A DNA stretch of 64,000 nucleotides from Antedon mediterranea (GCF_964355755.1 NC_092672.1:21651237-21715236); one strand, 5' to 3'; shown: positions 23,230-35,942, numbered from the stretch's first letter. Numbers and translations: made by a program. Notes: generated from the sequence alone by a model not told the origin.

Positions 23230-23915
23230 TTCGAACGTAATCCGTTCTAACGAATTAGTAATTCGTTTGAACGGATTAATAATCTGTTCAAACGAATTAG
23301 TAATCCGTTCACGAATTGCAACATATACAACAAGTGCCATTTAAAGTATATGTTGTAATTCGTTTAAACGGATTACTAATCCGTTCAAACGAATTACTAA
23401 TTTGTTTAAACGGATTACTAATTTGTTCAAACGAATTACTAATTTGTTTAAACGAATTAATAATTGGTTTAAACGGATTACTAATTCGTTCAAACGAATT
23501 AGTAATCCGTTTAAACAAATTAATAATTTGTTTAAACAGATTAATAATTTGTTTAAACGGATTACTAATCTGTTTGAACGAATTAGTAATTCGTTTGAAC
23601 AAATTAGTAATCCGTTTAAACAAATTAGTAATTTGTTTAAACAAATTAATAATTTGTTTAAACGGATTACTAATTCGTGTAAACGAATTAGTAATTCGTT
23701 TAAACAGATTTATAGTAATCCGTTTAAACAAATTACTAATCCATTTGGACGGATTCCTAATTCGTTTGAACGGATTACTAATCTGTTCAAACGAATTACT
23801 AATAATTAATAATCTGTTAAAACGAATTAGGAATCCGTTCAAACGGATTAGTAATTTGTTTAAACGGATTACTAATTTGTTCAAACGAATTAGTAATCCG
23901 TTTGAACAAATTATT
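23230..23915. repeat. 21-bp quasi-palindromic minisatellite, ~30 units, with mixed orientation
   Basis: unit aaacggattactaatccgttc / aaacgaattagtaatttgttt. Confidence 0.9.
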
Positions 23916-24224
23916 AATTTGGAACATTTACTTTTTTCCTCAAATAAATGCCACACAATATTGTATTATATTATTAACACATTTGTATAATAATATGTAG
24001 TAGAATTCATTGACTTCCATGATCTACAATTGACCAAGCATTGTGATTTTTACTGTATTTTATCACTTCTTGATATTGATTTTGTTTTTAAAGAATTTAT
24101 TTGATTTCTTTGTTATGTAGAAAGATTGAAAATAAATAAAAATAAAATAAAAGCCACTACTATTAGTAAAGCATAGATCTGCTTAAAATTCTCAAAATGT
24201 ATTGCTCAATTTCTTTTCTTGTAG

Positions 24225-24482
24225 GTATTAATGAATGAATTGGGATTTGATGACAACTTCATCACACCTTTACGTCAGAATTACATAACTCCACTCGCTA
24301 GGCTCTTGTATCCAGACTGTGGTGGAGACTTGTTAGACTCTCACAAAGCTTTTGTTATAAAGTACAAGATTGGAGAAGATTTGGATCTTAACTATCATTA
24401 TGATAATGCAGAGGTCACTCTTAATATATCACGTACAAGTGATTTCACTGAGGGCTCATTGTATTTTGGAGGGATGCGTCAT
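24225..24482 (+). CDS. OGFOD2: OGFOD2 exon (VLMNELGFDD...LYPDCGGDLLDSHKAFVIKY...HYDNAEVTLN)
   Basis: HxD iron-binding motif; ttgtag / gtaagt boundaries. Confidence 0.92.
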
Positions 24483-24963
24483 GTAAGTAAAAACAATGCA
24501 TGAAAATGTCCGGTTATAAAAAACAACGATTTGTATAATTTTGGCACTGAACACCATAATTAAATGGTTTACATTCTATTTTAAGTAATACTTTATGACC
24601 AATATGATTTTTTTTATTATTATGATACAATTTTGTTATTATGACCCGAATACAATTTTTAAAGTAAAAATGTAGCTATATTGGTGACAATCATATTGTA
24701 CATATTCTATTTAACCACCCTCAGATGCTTGTTTTCAGTACCCCAACTTTTCTGTTCAAACACATGATAAAGAATCAAGACAAGGTGTTCTTAATGTCAT
24801 TTCCTGGTGGCAGTCTAAAGCCAATCTAACATTAGTCATATAAAATATTGCACACTAGGCTTCCATTTTGGCTTTTGTATACCTCTGTTGAATCTACAAG
24901 TGACATGGTTGTCTTTTATATAGCAACATAGCAGGTTTGTTAATTTTGTGTTGTTTTTAACAG

Positions 24964-25230
24964 CAACGAGGAATAGAAGAACCACAGCGTACTGAATATT
25001 GCCACAAGCCAACGTATGGTTTAATTCATCGAGGACAACACATGCACGGTGCTCTTCCAATATCAGATGGTGAACGGTACAATCTAATTATTTGGATGCG
25101 ATCTTCCAAAATAAGGAATAAAGTGTGTCCAATGTGTGATAATAAACCTCAACTTATTAAGACTGTTGGATTCGGAGATGGATTCACTCAACCAGAAAAT
25201 ATAACTGTCGATGTTTGTTGTACTTTATAA
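24964..25230 (+). CDS. OGFOD2: OGFOD2 terminal exon (HRGQHMHGALPISDGERYNLIIWMRSSKIRNKVCPMC...GFGDGFT...VDVCCTL*)
   Basis: distal His/Arg of the 2OG-Fe(II) fold; diagnostic CPMC and GFGDGFT C-terminus. Confidence 0.92.
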   Translation, partial: QRGIEEPQRTEYCHKPTYGLIHRGQHMHGALPISDGERYNLIIWMRSSKIRNKVCPMCDNKPQLIKTVGFGDGFTQPENITVDVCCTL

Positions 25231-25524
25231 TGCATATGTCAACAATTTTACAACTCAAATAATATATTTACAAGATTCTTCCGATGGACATGTGTATTTA
25301 TGACCTCTCTGCGACCTAACTATGTGACATGTAAAGATGTCAAGAATGGTTGAGCCTGTGATGTAGCAGAGACATTGGTTTGAAATCCTTTTTTTGTTTG
25401 AAAAAGTGTGTCGGCTGTGAGGTTTAGGAGAAGATAGAATTTATGAGAAAACATAGTCTCCATTAAAGAGAACTATTATAGTATTATATATACATTATTA
25501 TATTTTTATAAATATATTATATAA

Positions 25525-25675
25525 TAAAATAATAATAAACTTTTATAAAGCGCTATTTACTGATGTCTCACAGCACTAAAAGACGAACAAGAATTATTGA
25601 AAAAGGTGAGATTTACACTGACGGGTATGAAGTGGAAGCTGGTTCCAAACTAGTGGCACTTGTGCAAAAACCCCT
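25525..25675 (-). mobile_element. L2-like LINE 3' fragment
   Basis: tataaagcgcta...tctcacagcact tail and WNQLP-coding remnant (ggaagctggttcca). Confidence 0.5.
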
Positions 25676-26269
25676 TGAAAATAAGCTTAATTATTGTTTA
25701 ATAATTTGTAAAAAGTATTAAATATATTGTTGGTGGAAAATGTTTTAACAAACAAACGAAGATTAAAAACCTTATTGTAAAATTGTTGAAAATGTTTTAA
25801 TAAACAAACGAAAGAAAGAACTAATTGTAACATATTTTTGGAAATGTTTAATAAACAACAATGAAAGAAAGAACTACTTTAGTTGTTGGAAAATGATTGA
25901 AAGAATATAAACGGCCATCTCTTGCAGAGGCCTATTTAGTTCATTGTTGGCAAAGTGCTTTCAGTGGTTTATTCAATTCATCGTAATCTGGATTATTCAA
26001 TTTGTCTTCCACACGTTTCATCCAGTCAGCAATTTCAGGCTGGTTCTTCAGTAAACCTTTACCAGATGGACAGGCCAACGGTTGAACAAGCTGAAAGAAT
26101 TTTAGAAATACTATTAATATATAAGAAATATTTTAATGGGAACAAATGAAATGTTTTCTTACTAATGCATGCACTAATCATTTAACATAAACTCCAAATA
26201 TTTAGAATTTCATTTTTTTTATCGATATAATAATTGTTTCAGTTTGATGAATAAACAACGCTATGACAA

Positions 26270-26985
26270 AAATGCATCTTATAAAATCAAACAATGCTCC
26301 TTCAGAAGGTTGTCCGTTGATGGTTAATGAATAAAGAGCGATAGGATGATTTGGACAATGGGAATGTATCGTATAAAATCAACTATAGCTCCGTCAGAAG
26401 GTTATCCGTTGATAGTTAATGAATAAAGAGCGATAGGATGTATCGTATAAAATCAACTAGGCCTATAGCTCTCTCAAAAGATTGTCCGTTGGTGGTGAAT
26501 GAATAGAGAGCGATAGGATGATTTGGACAATGCGAATGTCTTGTATAAAATCAATTATATCTCCCTCAGAAGATTGTCCGTTGATGGTTTATGAATAAAG
26601 AGCGATAGCACGATTTGGACAATGGGAATGTACGGTATCGTATAAAATTAACTATAGCTCCGTCGGAAGGTTGTCCGTTGATGGTTGATGAATAAAGAGC
26701 GATAGGATAATTTGGACAATGGGAATGTATCGTATAAAATCAACTATAGCTCCTTCACAAGGTTGTCCGTTGATGGTTAACGAATAAAGAGCGATAGGAT
26801 GATTTGGACAATGGGAATGTCTCGTATAAAATCAACTATAGCTCCGTCGGAAGGTTGTCCGTTGGTGGTTAATGAATAAAAGAGCGATGATAATTTGGAC
26901 AATGGGAATGTATCGTATAAAATCAACTATAGCTTCTTCAGAAGCTTGTCCGTTGGTGGTTAATGAATAAAAGAGCGATAGGATA
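26270..26985. repeat. ~85-90-bp minisatellite, ~8 diverged copies
   Basis: unit tataaaatcaactatagctccgtcagaaggttgtccgttgatggttaatgaataaagagcgataggatgatttggacaatgggaatgtatcg. Confidence 0.9.
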
Positions 26986-27453
26986 AATTATTATTTGCAA
27001 ATATTTTTATGTTGCTTTTGTTTTTCCTTTCATTATTTTGCTCAGTTGTTTTATTGTTTTATTTTGGTTGCACCACTAACGACAGTGTGTGCCACTGATA
27101 AAAAAAAAGTGATGACCAATAAATAAATATGTCTAGGATGTCAATATAAATTTGTATTGTATTTGAAATAAATAATTAGAAGGTATTATAAATGCATATT
27201 ATCTTTTATTTATAGGTCAGCTGGTGCGTTTACAATCGTTAATCCATCCATATCTAGGAAGATATATACAACAGGCCTAGAGAACCAATTACGGTTATTT
27301 AATTAAACGCCAATTGAATAAGCAACCGCCCCCACCCCCTCTCCCCATAAAACATCCCTTGTAATAAACGCCTCTTGACTCTTGAATGTAGTCTATTTCG
27401 AATATAGTGTATGGTTTACTATTAGGCTAATCGTAAGCTTGTTACGAACTAAT

Positions 27454-27474
27454 CAGGGAGTTTACAACTCCCTG
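27454..27474. mobile_element. 21-bp termini-only transposon remnant with 7-bp TSD
   Basis: aactaat|cagggagtt-tac-aactccctg|aactaat. Confidence 0.75.
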
Positions 27475-28478
27475 AACTAATCAAGTTCTAATACTCTAAA
27501 TTGCATATTTGTTTATGTAGGATGTACAAGGCAGGCAATTCAATTTATTTTAGAGTGATTTCATTTTGTATATGTTTTAAATTGTATCTTATTGTTATTG
27601 CTATTATTCGCCAGTTTCATAATGTATTTTTGTTTATGTTTTAATGTTTATCATATTATGGAAAAATAAATATTAGCAGTATCAGCACTTATTCTTTTTA
27701 TTAACTATACCTACAGAAAACGTCGTTTATAATGCTTTTGCTAATAAGTAGAAAATACGAATTAGCAATTTACACCCCCGCTAAGGTAAATACAGACTGG
27801 CACTTTAACAATGTGTGAAATATGGTGTTCCAAGTTAACTAGCCAGAGAAATAAATGGTAGGCCCAGTACTTACATCATTGTAAGATATCAACAAACTGC
27901 CCAGTTTTACCGTGACCATCTGCTGCCACCAAGCACTCGACATTCTACGCATACGATTACAGACTGTGCTTGTTGTTGGCAGAAGGGTCATCAGATCCAC
28001 CTCCTGGAATTGACATTCGTTATAGTTTAGTTACCTACGAGTAAGTTATGTTGTAATTAATGAATAACAATAATTCTTCTCTTTAGTGCTATTTTAAAAC
28101 GTTGGGAAGAATATTAATGATGCCTGTCTATTTAACTTAAAATCAAGAAATGTCATTGTGTCGCCACAGTTTTTTTAAATACATTTATCTTGTACATTAA
28201 AACTAGTATCCAGTTGTGATTGATTCTTGCTATACAGCTGCAATATCAATAATTGGTAGTGCTGGTTTTTCTATCTTAAACTTATATAAACCACAATGTA
28301 TTCTTGCTAGTAACAATACTCATAAACATAAAGTTATAAAAAGTACAAGAACATTGTTTTTCGTAACAAACAAATTGATCTGGTGGCTTACAAGCAAAAC
28401 GGAAGTTTGATAAATGCAAGCATTCATTGTTCTGCTTTACACACCTTGAGAAAAATAATGCAATCGTGAATAACAAAC

Positions 28479-28497
28479 CAGGGAGTTCAACTCCCTG
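28479..28497. mobile_element. 19-bp termini-only transposon remnant with 7-bp TSD
   Basis: aacaaac|cagggagtt-c-aactccctg|aacaaac. Confidence 0.75.
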
Positions 28498-28944
28498 AAC
28501 AAACAGTGATACAGAAACTGGCGGTGCTTGTTTTCTCTTTAAGTTTTAAATAGCACAGTGTATTATTGCTCCAATATGAATAATATAAGGAAGTTATACA
28601 AAGTACAATAACAGGCGTCTCATTGTTACCGATCTCTTCTCCAATAAACAAATCTTTCTAGTACCGGTAAATCGGAATTGTGGTAATTGTAAAAGAACAA
28701 AATGAAACAAATTTATGCTCCAAATATTATTTGTTTTACAGCTTTATATAAGCCAGCTTTAAAAGTTCAATAATATTTACTGATTAATTTTGTTTTATAA
28801 ATACTAATTATTCGCAGAAAAGGCGCAGCCTAAAAGAAAAATGAAACAAGTTCTGATGAGTATAGGCCTATTGTTATACCGATAAGGAAGTACAGTAGAC
28901 CTACAATAATAATATTACTAAGAAAACATAACATTAATTACATT

Positions 28945-29250
28945 GCTTGTCTTCGTTCGGCTGATCAAAACCTACTACTTGTTCCTAGAATTAACACCAA
29001 ATCTTATGGACAAAGGTCTTTTATGTTCTCTGTTGTTTCTCTTTGGAATTCTCTCCCTCGTCATTTTACTCATTCAACTTCTATTGCTATTTTAAAAAAG
29101 AACTTAAAACGCATCTTTTTAACATCAAATATAAGCGCCTTTGATTTTTACTTCGGTTTAGTTGATTCTGGCGCTAAACAAATACCTAAATTATTATTAT
29201 TATTATAATATTATTATTATTGTTATTATTATTATTATTATTATTATTAC
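28945..29250 (+). mobile_element. L2/CR1-group LINE 3' end with (TTA)n tail
   Basis: translates LRSADQNLLLVPRINTKSYGQRSFMFSVVSLWNSLP...KKNLK; (tta)n at 29191-29249. Confidence 0.8.
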
Positions 29251-29539
29251 AGTTGATTGTACATTACAGTATCACATCGATTTGGCCCTGGTTGGAAACT
29301 TTTATATTAGGCCTATATACAATATTTAGGTTTTTTTTTTATTCATGCAGGTTTTTTTACAGAGCCTCACAATGTTATGTTATGTCTGCTCATTTTTTTT
29401 TTATTAAATCGAAAACAAAAGGGAATTAGAATTTTGAAAGTGTGCAAAAAGCAATTATGTCCGATTTTCACTTATATTTTTAATATTATTTTTTATTAGT
29501 GTAGGCCTACTGTTCCACGCGTATATTTATATTATCAAC

Positions 29540-29950
29540 TCATTGCCAAAAGTAAATAAACCCAGTGTACCAACAGATTTTAGGGCAGTTACAATTACGT
29601 CTAACGTTACCGTAAACGTTTAGAAAGATTGAATGTATCAAGACTCAAGGACACATTTGTAATGTAGCCTAGATAAGAACCAATTTGCATCCAGAGATCA
29701 ACGATGCTGTTAATTCTTTTGTCCATAATATTTACCAACGCCTTGATCCAAACAAAGTTATGTAAATGGTCTCTTTATCGATTTCCCCAGTGCATTTAAC
29801 ACTATTTTACCGCATATTTTAATTGAGAATGCATCAATAAATGTCAGAACCCATTGTAGTACATTGTAGGAGATTGTTAATATACAAAATTTCCGGTTAG
29901 TAATAGGAAAGAAATTTACGCGAAAATATCTTTCAGAACAATTATTCATT
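29540..29950 (+). mobile_element. Degenerate Rex1/CR1-group LINE reverse transcriptase fragment
   Basis: LPKVNKP..TDFRAVTITS, DAVNSFVHNIYQRLD and LFIDFPSAFNTILPHILI with frameshifts. Confidence 0.75.
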
Positions 29951-30523
29951 GTTGCAAATATTTACGCCTCAATTCTATAATTATCCAACGATAATATATA
30001 CTTTACAATTTAATTCCGAATGTAAATGTTGTTAATGGATGGCTATACTTGTTTGTGTTATTATTCATACATCTAGATCCGTGGTTGACTTTTTAATAGG
30101 TTTGACAATGCTATACAATTCATTTCATAATTCATCATTTTCGCCGATTTTAGCTTGTAATTTGTATTAATTAAACAATTCATACATTCACAATTCTTGA
30201 AGATGAACAGGCAAAAAATTAGTTAACATACTTAGTATCTGTTACTGTACAATATTATTTTCAGATGTTTCCTTTATAAACCTCACTTCCTGAACAAGAC
30301 CATTAAGTTTACAATTATGAACTATTTCTAATAAGGAAGTTCATCTTAAATGTGTTGAATTGGTGCAGGATAGGCATTTGTATCCTGTCTCAAGGTTGTC
30401 AGGTCAGGTTTTGTTCCATGTAAGTTTACAGTTTTGCTGCTACCATCGCGTCAAAGGGCGCGTTTATACAACACGCATTACACGCATATTCTACACGCCT
30501 CCTACGAGAAGTGTGTTGTATAA

Positions 30524-30972
30524 CCAAAGATTGTATAGCGCCGCGTAGCGGCGCAAGATAGGTAACTGGGTGAGACCTTTGTAATCCATGGACGCCATTC
30601 CGGCGGACAAATTTGAACTGGAATAAAGTCGTTGTCAAGGCAATATCCACGATGTTTCGGTTAAAGAACGAAGTTGTCTAACCAAACGTATCAATGTAAA
30701 CACACAGAATTAATCGGAAAGTGTCCAGATCCCAAAGAAACTTTTATTTTACTTTGTTTACATAATTTCTTCCCTTTTCCATGAATCATTCATCAAGAAG
30801 GTTAACCACAGATACTTCTAGGCGGACCGCAAAGTTTAAACCATTTACATTTAAATCACAATAATAACCTGTCCGCCCGAATGGCGTCCATGGATTTACT
30901 GGGCGCGTAGTGTTAAGATAGGAGCTTGGCAACAGTTACCTATCTTGCGCCGCGGCGCTATACAATCTTTGG
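30524..30972. mobile_element. MITE with ~40-bp TIRs, flanked by TATAA direct repeats
   Basis: ccaaagattgtatagcgccgc..caagataggtaactg / cagttacctatcttgcgccgcggcgctatacaatctttgg; second internal inverted repeat (tccatggacgccattc). Confidence 0.8.
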
Positions 30973-32867
30973 TATAACAACAAAGGTTGTGTTTATGATT
31001 ATGAACATTTAAAGTATCTGGATATGCCAGAGGTCTCTCCTGACAAGGCTAAATCAAAATTCTCCCTACCGTTTACAGACTTCTAGTTATCCGGCTACTC
31101 ATGGCCTTATTTTCAGCCTGATTTGCGTGATTATCTCATAAAATACATTGTTTAATCCAGCAAGGTCGCCTTCAACTCCCCTGAGGACAAGCCAACCCTC
31201 CAAATTTGCCGGGCTGAGGTTGGTCCGGATAACCCAGGTGGTAGTACTCAAAAAAGTCATTAAGGGTCGTTAAGGCATGATTAATGACCCCAAAAGATGA
31301 CAAGTTATCCGGATACTTGCTGTTCGTAAACGGGCCCATAGAGATTCCGTGTAATGAGATTTTAATTGCAAAAAAGGCTACTTGGCTGAATCCTAAAATT
31401 TGGTGGATTCCCGGTCGCCGTTACCGTGTTGGAAGTGTCCTCAGGGTATATTTTGACCTCTCGTTAAAACAGGTCGTAATATAAATCATGTCATGCGACG
31501 TTGCTAACAAGATTGGGCCCATTTATTGCTGCTTCGCTGCCAGCAATCATCCTCCTACCACGTCTTACGCCTAGCCATAAATCAGCATTAAATAAGCCAG
31601 TGGGTAAATCTTTATGGAATTCATTCAAAAGGAAAGCAATATGCTTAACATTGAATGTGAAAGATATAACAATAAAGAAACAAGTATAGAAAAATGGGTA
31701 GCTTTAAGAATTACTATTATGTTAATATAAATTCTAATTTGCTCGATTATCAGAAAAGGAATTCACAGTGATACGAGTTACAGGTGGTGCTGATCTGATT
31801 TAATTCGTTTTATCTTGTATATAAATACATTGTATAATCCGGGTTGTAAAATTAAAACAAACAATTGAAAATCTCACAAATTCTTTATGTGTAAAATATT
31901 TTAAAACGAAGAACATTAATGAAAATAGGAGGCAATACGGAATTCATAAATGTAAAAATGTTACTGATGAATTGTAACGACATTGGGAATTAACAAATGT
32001 GTTAAATAATATGATTTTATGTAATGACATGAGATAATATAATGAATGTGGATAAAAGTGGTGTTTGCACCACAAAAGAGAAAAAAAAAAGCTATCGATG
32101 GAATGGTGGGTACGAAATCCATGATAATTTAGTTACTTATCTAAAATAAATTCGACGGGAACCTGATTTTACAAGAGGACCTCTTATATGAGTTTGTGAG
32201 GACTCTGTTTATAGAGGACATCTTAATATCTGTCATGTTCTATAGACTCCTTAATATCAGTTCAAATTGATCAGTTCTTTTCTAATGAAGAATCTGGGCA
32301 ATTTACAATCAAGCAACAACACCACATAATTCTACGTGAATTCTGCTGTACGTGAGCTAGCCTTAATAATACCGCCTGATTACGGTATATAGGCCTACAG
32401 TATTAGCTTCAGAATAAATGACGACGCATTCTACAGATATTAAAACAAAATGAAAATATTAAATTGGCTTCGTCGAAATGTTGTACCTTGATAGACAGAC
32501 CCCCAAGCAGACAGCCCACATTACTGTACAGAGACAATCTGCACTGCAGCACAATCTATTGGTTTTAACTGTACACGCGGTGATTCAACTAAAAGTAGTA
32601 AAAACATTTTGGCACACAAGGCGTATCATATAATTTGCGGACCATGACCGAAGCACTTCCACTTCGATCTATTCGACGAAAATCAAAAAAGGATAACTAT
32701 TTTCTGCTTTATATTTAATTAATTTAATGTAATAGCTTGATCTAATAACAGGCGTAACAACACAGAATACATATTGTAGTTTAATACTGGCTCAAATATG
32801 TTTGTTTTATATAAACTGTATTTTACAAAATTACAATAGAACTTCATTTTGCAATAGTACCTAATTT

Positions 32868-32932
32868 GGCGCCTTAGACGCCAAATTAAGTGCGGTACCT
32901 CATTTGGCAGTGGTACCTCATTTGGCGTGACA
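32868..32932. mobile_element. Probable DNA-transposon end with subterminal repeats (gtacctcatttggc x3, ending gtgaca)
   Basis: repeated motif and TGT-type terminus on the minus strand; partner end not found. Confidence 0.35.
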
Positions 32933-33383
32933 GGGCCAACTCGTTCGTAGTGGTAGTAGGCCTCTATCATTTCCCACTCCAAACAGAAGAAAAAATAACA
33001 TCGCAAAAATGGCATCTTCTTCCATAGTGTATAGATGAAACAATGAAACCCTTAAAATAACTTTTATTAAATGAACCGAGAACAAAATTAACACAATGCA
33101 AACGTGAACGAATACAATAATGAAAATGGTAAAAACCGCGCGAATACATCGGACAGAGCGAGGAGGCGACGATGATTGTTGACAACTCCGCCAATTCAAG
33201 CGATCAACGATTTGACCTTTTATCCTAGCATGCACTGCGTGTTGATGAAACTTCCGGTACAACACGGTATCGTGATTTCAGTAGTAACAACAGCAAACGT
33301 TAAGGTGGGTTGACCTCGGTCCCAACAACACGCTAAAAATTAAAGCCATGTTCAAATTTAGGGTGTTGTATAAACACGACCTT

Positions 33384-33662
33384 CAAGTCAGAGGTTATTA
33401 GCGGATATTATCCTGTCTCAAGATTGTTCAAGTCAAGTTTAGTTCTATGTAAGTTTACAGTTGCTGCTACCATCGCGTGGATATTATCCTGTCTCAAGAT
33501 TGTTCAAGTCAAGTTTAGGCCTAGCTAGGCCTAGGTAGGCCTAGCCTAGTTCTATGTAAGTTTACAGTTGCTGCTACCATCTCGTCCAAGTCAGAGGTTA
33601 TTAGCGGATATTATCCTGTCTCAAGATTGTTCAAGTCAAGTTTAGTTCTATGTAAGTTTACA
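33384..33662. repeat. Three-copy local duplication; the middle copy carries a 31-nt TA-punctuated insertion
   Basis: ggatattatcctgtctcaagattgttcaagtcaagtttagttctatgtaagtttaca x3; related sequence at 30381-30452. Confidence 0.9.
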
Positions 33663-35942
33663 ATGTTATTCAAGTTTACAAACGCTACCCAGGCTACTTT
33701 CAAATACAATTATTTGGATTTAATCGTTTTACTTTATAGGCCTAGGCCTAGTGATTTTATGTTCAATTTGTTAGCAGATAAAAGGTATGTTATTTCTACA
33801 TTATATTACTCTATGTTTAGAACGAGATTATTCACACTTCTAGTTCATTCGGCGTGAGTAGCAACAAATTGACGACAATCATCACCCCTAAGTTGAAACA
33901 TTGAATAAAATATCAACAAAATATACAATTGTGTTTATTTGCATGGTATCGCACACGTCATTGTCTTACAACAATTAAATAATTTTAGGGTGGGACAGTA
34001 CCTAATTATAACATTCGTATCGAGCAACCGACCAGGGATTTAGTATTATAGGTCGTAACAGCCGTCCCACCCGATCTTGGTCAGTTTTAAACATTTGAAA
34101 ATAATTGAAAATCTTTGAAAATCTAAACTTATACAATGTACCACAAATAACATTTTGTTGCCATAGGCCTATTACAAGAACAGTTCTAATATTCCAATAA
34201 CGGGGCCACCAGGACGAGGAAGCTTGACACTTATTAAGCATGTGTGAATCTTGTATGAATAAATATTACAATAGAACTATACTGTATGTATGCATCTACG
34301 GTGTCTCTTATTAAGCATGTGTGTTGAATTGTATATATGCTGTGTGTACAGTTATAGTTTACCGTATTTTCTGCACTTAATTTCAGACAGAGACTAACTA
34401 AACCTTTTCGACATCCAGAAATTATTATAGAATATTATATATTATAGAATTGATGGAGTGGAGTTGTGGCTACCAATTCAAGAATTCTGGGTTCAAGTCC
34501 TGTCATATGTCAGGATTTTTTCTAATGACAAATTACAACTCCACTCCCAAAGACTTGTAATAAGACTTTGTTTATGTAGAGCATAAGTTTCCTAAACAGA
34601 AAGAAAGTTATGAAGATGAGATAAATTATAAAATAAATTTAATATTAATCCCTACCGTTTCTCGACCCTCAGTCCCCGAGATTAATTTGTTTAGCATTGG
34701 GAGTACATTAACATAAAGTATGTCAATTAAGGTCCACGGACCACCAAATGGCCATTCGTAAGTTTCCATCTCTTTACCAACTTTCAAGGGAATACCCCAA
34801 TTAAGGGGACATTTCCGTTTTTGTTTCCCAATGTCCCCGTGAGTTCTATTGTATTCGAGAACACTGGATGCACATCTGAGTCATAGAAAACTTTCTGAAT
34901 GATTTAAAAGAAGAAGAAAGTGCTCTTGTTGAAACTTTTAAGAAGTCTACGAAAATTAATATGACGGATAGATTAAAATCTGATGAAGCTACTGTTGGAT
35001 ACAGTATGTATGTAAAGACAAACTTAAACCTGAACAAATACATTGTCAAAAATGTGAGAAGGAAGATAGAAAATACATATCAATTTTATTCTATAAGTTT
35101 AGTGCAATTTAATTCAGTGCACAAACTGCAGTGTTCGCAGCTTTCACGCTACAGTAATTTCACTGCAGACTCCGTACGCAGTTGTTTACCGCTTGAAGAT
35201 TTGGACGCTTACATTATTGATATAGGATAGTCACATTATAGCAATGTCTCGAACACGGGATCAGATAATTCAAACACAATTTTAATAGTACAGTAAAGCA
35301 ATGTTAATGCATATACTGATAAAATGAAAGTTACCAGGCATGTGTGTAAACCGTGTGGATCTGTCTCGCTGCGCTAGTCAAATTTACATGGACACCCAAT
35401 TATTTTTCCAATTAAATATCATGTTTTGTTTAATTATATAAAACAAAATTATACTTTTTAGTTTCCTCAATATTTGGACTTTAAAATGATATGTGATTTT
35501 AAATGTATAATTGGATGTGATATTTGTATAGCCAATTTACAATCGGGTTGAAGACCCGCTAGTCCCTCTCGACGGCGGACACGCAATATAATTTTTTTTT
35601 AAGTGCATGGACTCTACGCGTCGAAATATGGGTGGCTACTCTGTAAAAGGTAGCAAAATTGTGATTTCCGAACACATATTTAAGTGATGTGATTTATGAA
35701 ATAATATGAAGCTTTCATTTCTACACATTTTACCGTTTGAACCAGATACATCCGACGATTATTAGTGGAGAAAACTAAAAAACACGCTGGAAAATGGAGA
35801 TTTTTGCACAATTTGGCCGCGTTTTCAAGGTATACAGCGCGTGTGTCGCTTTTTTACGGAATAAAATTGCAATATGTAAAACGTGGTTTTTTTTTAATTA
35901 TCAAAAGTGATCATTGTGACAATCTGGTCAAAGGCCATATAT

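Larger units (their letters stand above)
23005..25230 (+). pseudogene. OGFOD2: 2-oxoglutarate and iron-dependent oxygenase domain-containing protein 2, incomplete copy
   Basis: exon-1 remnant YVCSCYYTHNIFLPKFKLHVTYIDDKIFAEETG (23020-23118) preceded by in-frame TGA with no ATG; the last two exons are intact; ~120 aa of middle exons absent. Confidence 0.8.

Noticed and set aside
23309-23990. Long ORFs on both strands (215 and 224 aa, heptad or LRR-like)
   Set aside because: Artefact of a 21-bp (multiple of 3) quasi-palindromic minisatellite
34450-34520. tRNA-like B box (ggttcaagtcc)
   Set aside because: Too degenerate to fold; probably an old SINE head, not supportable as a feature
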